A DNA stretch of 52,420 nucleotides from Octopus bimaculoides (lineage: Eukaryota): NCBI RefSeq assembly GCF_001194135.2, contig NC_069005.1, positions 12,922,210 through 12,974,629 on the forward strand, given 5' to 3'. The translations under genes and the position numbers were made by a program. The notes under the pieces are model-generated. The model was given only the letters and a program-made list of their open reading frames with translations. It did no database searches and had not been told where the DNA came from. Shown here one piece after another: positions 25,648 to 38,400 of this stretch (position 1 is its first letter; each line of letters opens with the position of its first letter).

Positions 25648-27660
25648 TTTGAGAAAAGGCCAGCAATTTTGGGGGAGGGTAAGTCATATTACATTGACCC
25701 CCAGCGTTCAACTGGTACCTTTTTTATCAACTCCGAAAGGACGAAAGGCAAAGCTGACCTTGGCAGAATTTGATCTCAGAACATGAAGACAGATGAAATG
25801 CCACTAAGCATTTTGCCTGGCATGCTAATGATTCTGTCAGCTCACCACCTTAATAATAATAATAATAATAATGATAATCGTTTCTACTAAAAGCAGAAGG
25901 CTTGAAATTTTAGGGGAAGGGGCTAGTCAATTACATAAACCCCCATATTCAACTGGTACTAAATTTATCAACCCAGAAAGAATAAAAAGCAAAGTTGACC
26001 CCAGCAGAATTTGAACTCAGAACGCAAAGATGGACGAAATGTTGCCAAGCATTCTGCCCAGCTTGCTAACCATTTTGCCAGCTCAACTATTTAAAAAAAA
26101 AAACACAACTTAACTATTTACTTCCATGCAAGATGGTATCTCTAAGTAGCCAACCTAACCAAAACAGAGTAATTTATAAAATCTCAAGAAGAGATAGATT
26201 AGTATACTAAACAGTAAAGTGAGTAGCGACATCAAAGTGGCAGTTGAATGTTACTTCTAGTTTAACCCCAGGTAGACTCTCTACCAGCTGGTTTTCCAGG
26301 TAATGCATTACACCGAAACCAGTAGTAACATCCAACTGCCACTTTGATGTGGTTACTCGCTTTACTGTTTAGTATACGTTACTACTTTGATCGTGGAGGT
26401 GCAATGGCCCAGTGGTTAGGGCAGCGGACTCGCGGTCATAGGATCGTGGTTTCGATTCCCAGACCGGGCATTGTGAGTGTTTATTGAGCGAAAACACCTA
26501 AAGCTCCACAAGGCTCCAGCAGGGGATGGTGGCGAACCCTGCTGTACTCTTCCACCACAACTTTCTCTCACTCTTACTGCATGTTTCTGTTGTGCCTGTA
26601 ATTCAAAGCGTCAGCCTTTTCACACTGTGTCACGCGGAATCTCCCCCACTGAGAACTACATTGAGGGTACACGTGTCTGTGGAGTGCTCAGCCACTTGCA
26701 CGTTAATTTCACGAGCAGGCTGTTCCGTTGATCGGATCAACTGGAACCCTCGATGTTGTAAGCAACAGAGTGCCAGCAACTACTCTGATCTCTTCTTGAG
26801 ATTTTACAACTAGCCATTTTGCTTGTTGCAAATCAGTGACCGATGGTCACTTTGTATACAATATATCGCTAACAGAAGCAGATCTTAGCCATCACTCCAG
26901 TTTACAGGTGCATGAGGCTGAGGATGAGCCAAATAGCTCGAAGCTGGGCCAGTCCCGCAATCCTGTTAGCTGCTGGAGGGTAGTAAGGGTTCGCTCCTCC
27001 TGCTAGTGATGTATTGTATATAAAGCGTGTAGAGCATTACACCAAAAACCAGTTGGTGGAGAATCTGCCTGGGGTTAAAGCATTAGTAACATTCAACTGC
27101 CACTATGATGAAGCTACTCACTTTACTGTTTAGAGTAATTTATCTTATACAGAATAGCTAAAACAAGAAGACTCATCATGGAAACTACATTATCAGCAAA
27201 ATATAATGGAAAACTCAAGTAAAAAAACAAGAAATGAGTGCACATCCTATCAATAGAGGCTGAGACCAGACGCCATGGCTCAAACCATTTCCTGACTGGT
27301 GAATGGAACCAAAAATTAACAGTAAGAAAATTGAAAGTCAGTGATAATGCAGCATGCTAGGAAGACAGAACGTCCTTGCCATAATTCTCTGCTGCAATAA
27401 AGTGACATTAGCAGAGGACAGCTAAAACCAATTTCATTCCAAATGTAATTTCTGGGAAATGCCTTGAAAACAGTTATAAATCTAACAGGGCCGGCTGCTT
27501 CTAATGAAATGCAGAGAAATAAAAATTGTGTGTGTGTATGCATACAATATACATATATATACATATATATTATATATATATGTATATATATATATATATA
27601 TAATATAACGCATCTTGAATGGCACAACAATGCAGAGTGGACTATAATAACAATACTCTC

Positions 27661-27699
<39 letters not shown>

Positions 27700-30600
27700 N
27701 NNNNNNNNNNNNNNNNNNNNNNNNNNNNNNNNNNNNNNNNNNNNNNNNNNNNNNNNNNNNNNNNNNNNNNNNNNNNNNNNNNNNNNNNNNNNNNNNNNNN
27801 NNNNNNNNNNNNNNNNNNNNNNNNNNNNNNNNNNNNNNNNNNNNNNNNNNNNNNNNNNNNNNNNNNNNNNNNNNNNNNNNNNNNAGTACTGGCAACGACC
27901 ACGCTCAAAAGGTGTTTTTTACATGCCACCTGCATGGGAGCCAGTCTGGCGGCACTGGCAATGACCACACTTGAATGTTGTTTTTATTGTGCCACAGGCA
28001 CATGTGCCAGTAAGGCAACACTGGCAATGATTACGTTCAAATGGTTCTTTTTACACCTGAAGGGATTTGTGGTTTGTCTGCCTTCTTACTTATTAAGACT
28101 TTGGTTTTAGCTAGGTTGTCTCTGAGGCCTTTCAATTCTAATCCTTGCTTCCACACCTGAAACTTTTCCTCTAGTTCTGATAGTGACTCAGCAATTAGAG
28201 CAAGGTCATCAGCATAGAGAAGCTCCCAGGGGCATCCTGTCTTGAATTCCTCTGTTATTGCCTGGAGGACTATGATGAATAAGAGGGGGCTGAGGACTGT
28301 TGAAAGATCATAGGACATTTTAAACATAGCCCTATCTACACAACTGAATTTCAGAATTGTTGTGATTCACCATTGCGGAAGCTGCAACAAGATGCTCCAG
28401 CAAGATGGAACAGTACTTTTCTAATGCTGCAGAGTCTGCTGCAGCCCAGAGAAGCAATAACCATCTACATGTCAGACGAAGAGAAGCAATATAAAGGTCT
28501 AAAACTGTTCGATTCTGATTGGGAAAAGATTTCAAAATACATCAATGTTTTAGACTTATTCTGTCAGGCTACGGCCCTGCTTGTTGGTGAAAAATATGTG
28601 TCGTGTAGCTGTGTATTACCACTGTTATTGTCTTTGAGAAAGCACATGACTGTAAATGATGATGATCCAGGTTATATAGCCAGATTCAAGGCAGCAATCT
28701 GTTAGTGACTTCAGCAAACATGTAATTGACATGAAAAGTATTGAAATATTACAGATTGCAATCATAAGCAAATTCTATCCAAGTTCATTTTAATGGGGAA
28801 ATGATTTTACTCCCCAAATCAGTCACTCTTCAGGTCAAATTCCTAAAAAAATACCTAAAACCATTCAAGGAATAAACATAAACATGAGAAATAAAAATAT
28901 ATATAAAGAGACAAAACCTGTAAACTAATCCCTACATTAACGGTATTAATATAATTATTAAGCGTTATAATCTAAAAATATTGAAAACGAGTATTATAGT
29001 GAACAAGGTTAAAACATTATGGAAGAGGTAAATAATAGTTATTTACCTCTTCCATAATGTTCCATTACAAGGGAAACATGGCTACCTCAGTTGGAAACAG
29101 AGAGACAAGAGAGAGGAGAGATTTTGTTTATGTAATGATGATGGGGGAATGAAGGGCTGTTCACCCAAGTTACAGTGAGGTGTGTATAATGAAGGGGACA
29201 GGGGGTGAGTGGGTAGATTGCTTTAATGTTCACCTTTCTATGCTCATATACACCTGATGGAATTTGCTGTGGGTGGCCAGAGGCTCTTCATGATCCCAAC
29301 CCTCACCTGTCCCCAAGTAAAGTAAGGTAACATTTCCCCATAAAAACAGATATGTTTTTGGAGAGGTTTATAAAATAAGGGACACCACTGGCATGGCAGT
29401 GACACTCATTTACAATTATAATACGATGTCAGGACAAGACACACACACACACACACATGTATATATAATTATGATGATAGAGCTAATGGTCATGGAAAAA
29501 AAAAGAATGGCATACTCACTTCACGAAAGCTTTTTGAGTTTTTCTTTTCTGGTTTGTGAATCTCAGAAGTGCGAGTATGATAATCTACAACGAAATAACA
29601 GAAGAATCATTGGTGTGTGTGTGTGTGTGTGTGTGAGGTCTGCAGAGAAGAGGATGGGGAGATGTGTGTATATGCATCTGTACATACATATACCAATGGG
29701 AATAATAGATGCATATATATAATCACATACACACATATGTATAAGCACTCATACACACACACACACATATATATATGTATATGTTTATATATATTTATAT
29801 ATATACATACATACAAACATGTACATACACACACACACACACACACGTATATATATACAAGCTTAGATAAATGAGCATAAATACGTGTATGTGTGTGTAT
29901 CTCTCTCTCATATATATATATCTATATATTTATATATATATACCCCACACACACACATACATACATACATGCATATGCACATATATATACAGGCATTTAT
30001 ATATAAGCTTAAATGTATATGCATACACATGTCTGTGTGCATGTGTGTATATAGATAGATAGACAGACAAACAAAGAGACAGACACAGGGACAGATAAAC
30101 AGATAGATAGGTAAAGAGAGAGAGAGAGAGAGATAAACATACATATATATATATCATGTGCGCATGTGTATACACACTTGCATTCAGACACACACACACA
30201 CACACATGCTCACATATTCAGACATACATACATCAATGATATGTACCTACAGACCTACATGTCTAATTTTAACAAAGGCAAAACAAAATTAAATAAAACA
30301 ACAAAAAAAAAACACAATACTTATGAAACAAATTCAAGTTTACAAATATATTGCAAATAAAATGCAAAATACAAACAAAAATACAAAAACAAAAGGCAAA
30401 CAGAAAACAAACAAAACGAAACAAAAACAAACGCCATTTTCCTTGAAACTGTCAAATTGAATAAAAGATAAACCAACCAGAATACAAAATCTAATTTAGA
30501 ATTCCAGGTTGAGTGTTTATTACGAAAGATTACAGTTCTGCAAATGTCACACGGAATTCTTGATAAAGACATTTCCTAAGTTTTCTTTCCTTTTTTAAAT

Positions 30601-30754
30601 ACATTTCCAAAGGCTGAAGTTTTGATGCATGTTATTTGGGTATTTATTTTACACCAACACACACACACATGTGTGTGTGTATGTATATGAATATATATAA
30701 TATATCTATATCTATATATATATATATATATATATCAAACGATGATGATGATGA

Positions 30755-30797
<43 letters not shown>

Positions 30798-30986
30798 GAA
30801 ACATGTCTGTCTAAATATATGTGTCTATATATATATATATATATATATGTATATTTATATATGTATATAAATGTGTATATGCATATGTGTGTGTATACAT
30901 ATATAAAAATATATGTATATTAATATCTGTTTTTATTTAAGAAAATACAAAATAAGACGTGATTCATTGTTACTATGTATAGATGT

Positions 30987-31035
<49 letters not shown>

Positions 31036-31063
31036 GAAACATGTCTGTCTAAATATATGTGTC

Positions 31064-31098
<35 letters not shown>

Positions 31099-34000
31099 AT
31101 ATACATGTTACTATGTCTGTTATTTTGTGTCAATGTTATCCAGTGCAAGGCTTCTCAACTTCTTAGTGTCTACTGTGTGATAAATAGAGTGTGACATAGT
31201 TGTTGACATCTGAGGGAGACAACTCATTAAGCATTTTAATGTTTGCGAGGTAATGTTTTTCATCAACTGAAAGGTAACTTATTAAAATAAAAATGAGAAG
31301 AAGAAGAAGAAGAAGAAGAAGAAGAAGAAAGTGAAGAAGAAGAAGAAGAATGTGAAGAAGAAGAAGAAGAAGAAGAAGAAGAAGAAGAAGAAGAAGAAGA
31401 AGAAGAAGAAGAAGAAGAAGAAGAAGCAGCAGCAGCTTTTCTGCTATAGGCACAAGACCTGAAATTTCTTGGGGAGAAGGAAAGTTGATTTCATCACTAC
31501 CCCCAATGCATAACTGGTATTTATTTCAATGATTCTGAAAGGATGAAAGGCAAAGTTGACCATGGCAGAATTTGAACTCAAAGCATAAAGCATTTTGCCC
31601 AGCATAATAGCAACTATGCCAGCTCACTGCCTTAATACTACTACTACTACTAATAATAATAATAACAATAATCATATATATGTGTGTGTGTATATATTAA
31701 TCACTAGCAATGCATCCCAGCGTTGCCCGGGTGTTATGACCCACAAGCACATTGAATTATTTGCTCCTTTCTTATGGTCAGAATCAGTACAGCTGATGTA
31801 TAAGTTAATGGAATAATGGAAGTTATTGTTTGTTTAATAGTGAAGGGCACTTTTGTCTGATGTCTCCTGCATGCATAGAATTCTACTGAAATAGTACACT
31901 TAAAAAATACCAGACCACAACCAGAAAACCTGACATGCTAGAAACAATAGGTAAACAACATTATTTCTGAAGAAACTTTCCTGCTTTCCAAAAAGCTAAA
32001 AGTGAAACATGAAAGGGGTCAGGCGATGGGTAAAATTCTTAGATTCGTACTCTCTGTTTTTGCTCCATGGATTACCAAGAATAAAAATTTGAAAAAAATA
32101 AAAAAATAAATTTGGTGTGGAGAGGGAGAAGATGAAAATATTGAAAATGTGTTCTGTGAAATCCTAATCTCCTGTATCGCAAACATAGGAATTATAAAAA
32201 ATTTAGGAAAAAATAAGAGGTGGAGAGCACAAATGTCACCTTGGACAGGATTTCTGGAAAAACTTCCTTTTAAGTTAATATCAAAGATCAGGTTTTTAAA
32301 TACGCTCATCACAAACACAAATTACACAATAGAAAAAGATCATTTCAATTGGGTTTGAGCTGTAAATTTGTACATGCACACAGCATGAATTAACATAATT
32401 CACACAGAAGTTTTACCTAGAGTGTATGTATATGTGTGTGTGTCAAAGGAAGCTATTTTATGGCATTCTTTCATTTGAAAAAGCAAAGTTGTCAACTCAA
32501 CATATATGGAATCATATGATTGATTGTTAATTTCCGTAAAATTGGTTTAATTTCTGTATGCTTTGAACAGAGCAGAAATTGAAAGAGAAGATAAGGTGAA
32601 AAGGTGACATTTGCTTTGAAGTGAGAGGAGAAAGTATAAGACATGTGTATATGAAATGGATGTGCATGAGTGAGAGAGATGGGGAGGGTGAGTGAAGGTG
32701 TGTGTTGTGATATATGAAATATTTTGCATGTATGTGCAAGTGGTACTCATTCGCTCTCTCCCTCTCACACACACACACACACAGATTATCTTTCATATAC
32801 ATGTACATAAATAGGCAGAGGTAAAGAATATGCACTCCACCTGTTTACAGCGTAGCCCTAACCTTAAATACAGGGAGTGCATATTCTTGACCTTTGCCCA
32901 TAAATACATATGCATACATCTTTTGTGTGCGTGAGAGAGAGAGATAGAGTGAGGCTGTATTTCCTCATAACATATAGAAAAATTGATGTCTTTTAATGCA
33001 ATGTTTTTTGCTGTGGCTTATTTTAATACAATATTTGTGTACATTTTCATAAATGTTTGTCTGAGTAGAATTCAACTCATGGGTGAAACATCGGACAAAA
33101 GTAATACATTAGAAGCAAATCAAAATATTGTCTGAAAATTAAATCAAAATTGTGTGACTCAACATAGTTGCTGAGGTTATTTTAGTTGTAAAAAAAGAGT
33201 TGTTGAGTCAAAAACATAGTTTATTTGGTAAATAGATAATAAGCAGCTTTCTTTATTATAATACATATGTGACTTCATTATTCACACATCATCACTCTTG
33301 TAATGCAACACTTTGTAATTTTGGTTCAAATTGAAAGTGCGAAACTATTTTCATTTTGTAATGAAGCCTGGTTGTTGTAGAGGAGTGTATTTGAAATAAC
33401 AATAGCTGGCTATTGAGATAACATAGAAAATATGTAAATGAAAATAAAGTTTATTTGACATGTGTAATTGATTTGATTGTTCTGGGAGGCAACAAGCTGG
33501 CAGAAGCATTAGGGTGGCGAGATGGCAGAAACGTTAGCATGCTGGGCAAAATGTTTGAGCGGTATTTCAAATGCCGCTGGGGTAACCTTTGCCTTTCATC
33601 CTTTCACAGTCGATGAATTAAGTACCAGTGAGACACTGGGTCGATGTAATCGACTGGCCCCGCTCGCCCAAAATTTCAGGCCTTGTGTCTATAGTAGAAA
33701 GGATTTGATTATTCTGGTCTCAACATCAGTTGGTAAGAATAGAAGTCATTTGACAACACCTTTTTGTATATAATTGGCTATCCTGTTGCAGGTTCAATCT
33801 GTGGAATATTGAAATGATACCCATCTTGACCATTTCACAGATTAAGAGGATACTGGAGAACATCATAAGAGGGATGAGTCTGTGAAACACGTTTAAGGTT
33901 GTAACCTCAAACACGAATGAGAATATCATGATTTTCATGGGGATCACCTACCATAAGGATGGCAACTTCATTAGATGTGGGCTCATTAAAACAGCGTAAA

Positions 34001-34232
34001 ATGTTCTTTACTATAGTTTACTAAAGACATAAGGAACGCACAAACACACACACACACACACACTCATAGAACTGATAATACTAAAAACAGCAAAACGTTG
34101 GGTAGGGTGGAGGAGTTACATACATAAAGTAAGAGACACACACACACACACACACACGTACATTAAAGCATACGTAAAGCCTATTTCTGTCCTTGTGTGT
34201 GTCTGTCTCTGTCTTTAGATGTGTGTGTGTAT

Positions 34233-34266
<34 letters not shown>

Positions 34267-35161
34267 CAGTCGTCACACACATACACTTGTCAGTCATTGG
34301 CCTAACATACATAGCGAACACATATAGAAAATCATCATCCTCATCGTTTAACGTCCGCTTTCCATGCTAGCATGGGTTGGACGGTTTGACTGAGGACTGG
34401 TGCAACCGGATGGCTACACCAGGCTCCAATCTAATTTGGCAGAGTTTCTACAGCTGGATGCCCTTCCTAACGCCAACCACTCAGAGAGTGTAGTGGGTGC
34501 TTTTACGTGTCACCCACACGAAAAAGGCCACGCTNNNNNNNNNNNNNNNNNNNNNNNNNNNNNNNNNNNNNNNNNNNNNNNNNNNNNNNNNNNNNNNNNN
34601 NNNNNNNNNNNNNNNNNNNNNNNNNNNNNNNNNNNNNNNNNNNNNNNNNNNNNNNNNNNNNNNNNNNNNNNNNNNNNNNNNNNNNNNNNNNNNNNNNNNN
34701 NNNNNNNNNNNNNNNNNNNNNNNNNNNNNNNNNNNNNNNNNNNNNNNNNNNNNNNNNNNNNNNNNNNNNNNNNNNNNNNNNGGTCAGTAGTCATCGCCTC
34801 TGTGAGGCCCAATGTACGAAGGTCTTGCCTCACCACCTCAGCCCAGGTCTTCCTGGGCCTACCTCTTCCACGGGTTCCCTCAACTGTTAGGGTGTGGCAC
34901 TTTTTCACGCAGCTATCCTCATCCATTCTCACCACATGTCCATACCAGCGCAATCGTCTCTCTTGCACACCGGTGGTAAAAGATGTTGTTTACAATAGGT
35001 GACTAAAAGAAAAATGATAATCTTAAATTTTTGTAATGCAAATAAGTAAACAAAAATATAGTTTAGTTGGTAGCCAAAATCTTACTGAATCTCTTGATAC
35101 CCCATACATCAAAAATGGCAACTCGGTTTTGGAATGCATAAGGAACATATGCACACACACA

Positions 35162-35199
<38 letters not shown>

Positions 35200-35428
35200 C
35201 TCTTTTATATATGTATAGATAAGAACACATCAAAGTGTCTACCCACTAGAAATGCTGCTGATATACACATACACACACACACATATATACATATAGTGCA
35301 GTCATGGCTATGAGGTAAGAAGTTTGCTTTCCAACAGCATAGTTTCAGTTTCAATTCCACAGCATGGCACCTTAGGTAAGTGTTTTCTACCAAAGCCTTG
35401 TGACTGGATTTATGTAGAATCTGAAAGA

Positions 35429-35485
<57 letters not shown>

Positions 35486-38400
35486 ACGCGTATGTGTACT
35501 GTGTGTATGTGCATGAGTTTATATATATGTATATGTGCAAGTTTTGGGTTTGTGTCCATCCCAACCTCCCATTTCATAACTAGTGTGGTTTATTTACATC
35601 TCTATGACTTAACTGTTCAGCAAAAGAAACTGATAGAATAAATACCAGGCTTAAAACAGAAATAACAAGTACAGGAGTCAATTTGTTGGCCAAAAACCCC
35701 TCACGGCTGTGCCCCAGCATGGCCAGTCAAATAACTGAAATAAGTAAAAGATAAAATATGAAGATATCTACACCTATCATACACATCCCTTATCTTTTAC
35801 TTGTTTCAGTCACTTAACAGCAGCCATGCTGGGGTACCACCCTTTAGCATTTCAAAGTACCACATCTGGCCCAAATATTCTATCTCTTTTTTATGCTCAA
35901 ACAGGCCAGATCTGGCCTCATAAACCCACCCTGCAATGTCATTCTAAAAATAAAATATCAGGGCTACAAGATGTGTGATTAATTCAAAACAATGTGAATA
36001 AGTAAGCATTACATTTAATGAGTGAAGGCACATAGTACAGTAGTTACATCATCAAGCTTACAATCATGGGGTAGTGAGTTCAATTCCTGGACCGGGTTGT
36101 GTGTTGTGTTCTAGAGCAAGATATTTTATTTCACATTGTTCCAGTTCACTCATCTATAGAAATAAGTTGCGATGTCACTAATCCCAAGCTGTATTGATCT
36201 TTGCCTTTCCCTTGGATAACACTGGTGGCACGGAGAAGGGTCGCTGATATCCATGGGTGACTGTTGGTTTTCCATAAACAAATCTGCCCAGATTTATGCC
36301 TCAGAGGGTAACTTTCTAGGTGCAATCCTATGGTCGTTCATGACCAAAAGGGGTCTTTGCCCTTTACATCTAACAGAGTAATCTGAGAGCTATGGGGTCA
36401 AAGGGTTTTAGTTGAGCAAATCAACCCAAGTACTTATTTTTCAAGCCTGGTGCTGATTCTATCAGCTTCTTTGAAATAACTACATTAGTCTTTTTTTTAT
36501 TTTCAATGTTGTATTAGACATTCCAGTTCCTAATTACACACTCCAATCACAGAGCCAATTAGGAAGTTGAAATCCAATGAAGCATAATGGAATGCTTTCC
36601 AACTCTAAGGTAAGTTAATTAAAAGACTGGGAACAGCCATTGAATTTCAATATATAATTATATACTCATTAAGATATGTGGGTGAAGACCTTTTCTTAGT
36701 CTGGGATGCCAGTATTTCTCCTTTCACTACCCACTGTGTTCTGCACTTGAAATTTTTGTAGAGAACCCATTTCTTGTCAGCAGTCACTATTCAGTCCAAA
36801 AAAGATTCATTCGTGAGATGTAACAGCAAATTCACATTCACTCTTTGCTCACGATTAGACTCGGAAAGTTTGTAAGGAACCCATTGACCCAATTTGCTGA
36901 CTTTTCCAATGGTATGAAGGTATTGATGAATAGTTGAATGACCAAATCCAAGCTTCTCTGCTAGTTCCTGGACAGTTACAATGGGATTTTGTTCCACCAG
37001 GGTTTGCAGGATGTCCCCCTCGAGTTCTACAGATCTTCCAGGATGCAGCTCATCTTCTAGGCTGCAGTTTCCGGCTCGGAATTTCTGGAACCACCATTGA
37101 CACTGGCTTACACTTATTGCCCAATCCCTAAATACTGCATTAATATTCCTCGTACTTTCCATTGTGTTGTTGCCTTTATTGAACACAGAAAGCAAAATAT
37201 ACTGAATATGTTCCTTTGTCACTTTCATTATAACTTTGAAAAAATAACTTAAAATCGAACTGCACTCATCAAAACTTGCACTAGGAATAAGAAAAGATAA
37301 AATTACTACCTGCTTTTATAGTAAGCTAATGCAGGTAGTTAATCCCATCCTCCTCCGACTTTTAGTTCATGCAATTGAAAAAACCACATTATTTATAGAT
37401 GACCCAATAAATATACATGTATCACACATTCTGATTGAATCTTTCATGTGTTAACATGTACCTCCTTGCAACGATGTAAACTTTCATTCAATCAAGATAT
37501 TCTTGCCCTGAAGAGTAGCCTGCAGTATACGCCTCACTTGGATATTTACCACTTCCAACGCTCTGTGGTTCCACTCACTATGAAACATATGTATCATGGA
37601 TTTTAACTACTCTATTCCTTAACTCTTGCATATATATCCTTAGCTCGTGTGTGTGTGTTATTTCTTTACTACCCACAAGGGGCTAAACACAGAGGGGACA
37701 AACAAAGACAGACAAACGGATTAAGTCGATTATATCGACCCCAGTGCGTAACTGGTACTTATTTAATCGACCCCGAAAGGATGAAAGGCAAAGTCGACCT
37801 CGGCAGAATTTGAACTCAGAACGTAGCGGCAGACGAAATACCGCTAAGCATTATGTGTGTGTGTGTGTGTGTGTACATACAGGGGTTGGACAAAATAATG
37901 GAAACACCTAGCATCATAATTTTGAAATATCTAATAAAACAGTTCTATATTTAAGAGATGAGGAATTATGTACATCATTTACATTATTTGCAATATTTAC
38001 ATTTGACAGATATTTGTCCTCATTTTGTTGACAACAAACAAGATAAGGACAAATATGCATGAAATGTAAATAAAGCAAATAATGTTAATAATGTATCTTA
38101 TAAAACCGTCAAAAGCTTGTTTATTTTTATATTTTTTGATTTATCATTAGTGTTGCGGTCTCGCTTCCATGACGGTGGCACGTAAAAAGCACCATTTGAG
38201 CACAATCGTTTGCAGCTTCGCCTTACTGGCACTTGTGCCGGTGGCATGTGAACAAAACATTGGACTGACTCCTGTGCAGGTGACACGTAAAAAACACCAT
38301 TTGAGCATGGCTGTTGCCAGTACCGCCTGACTGGCCCTCATGCCAGTGGCACATAAAAACAACCCATGACACTCTGGGAGTGGTTGGCATTAGGAAGGGC

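Noticed and set aside
25161-26100. Repeat-spacer look suggesting CRISPR
   Set aside because: These are ~210-bp SINE units separated by (AAT)n, in a eukaryotic context with no cas genes.
31163-31453. Poly-Leu ORF resembling a signal or TM peptide
   Set aside because: It is the reverse strand of an (AAG)n microsatellite.
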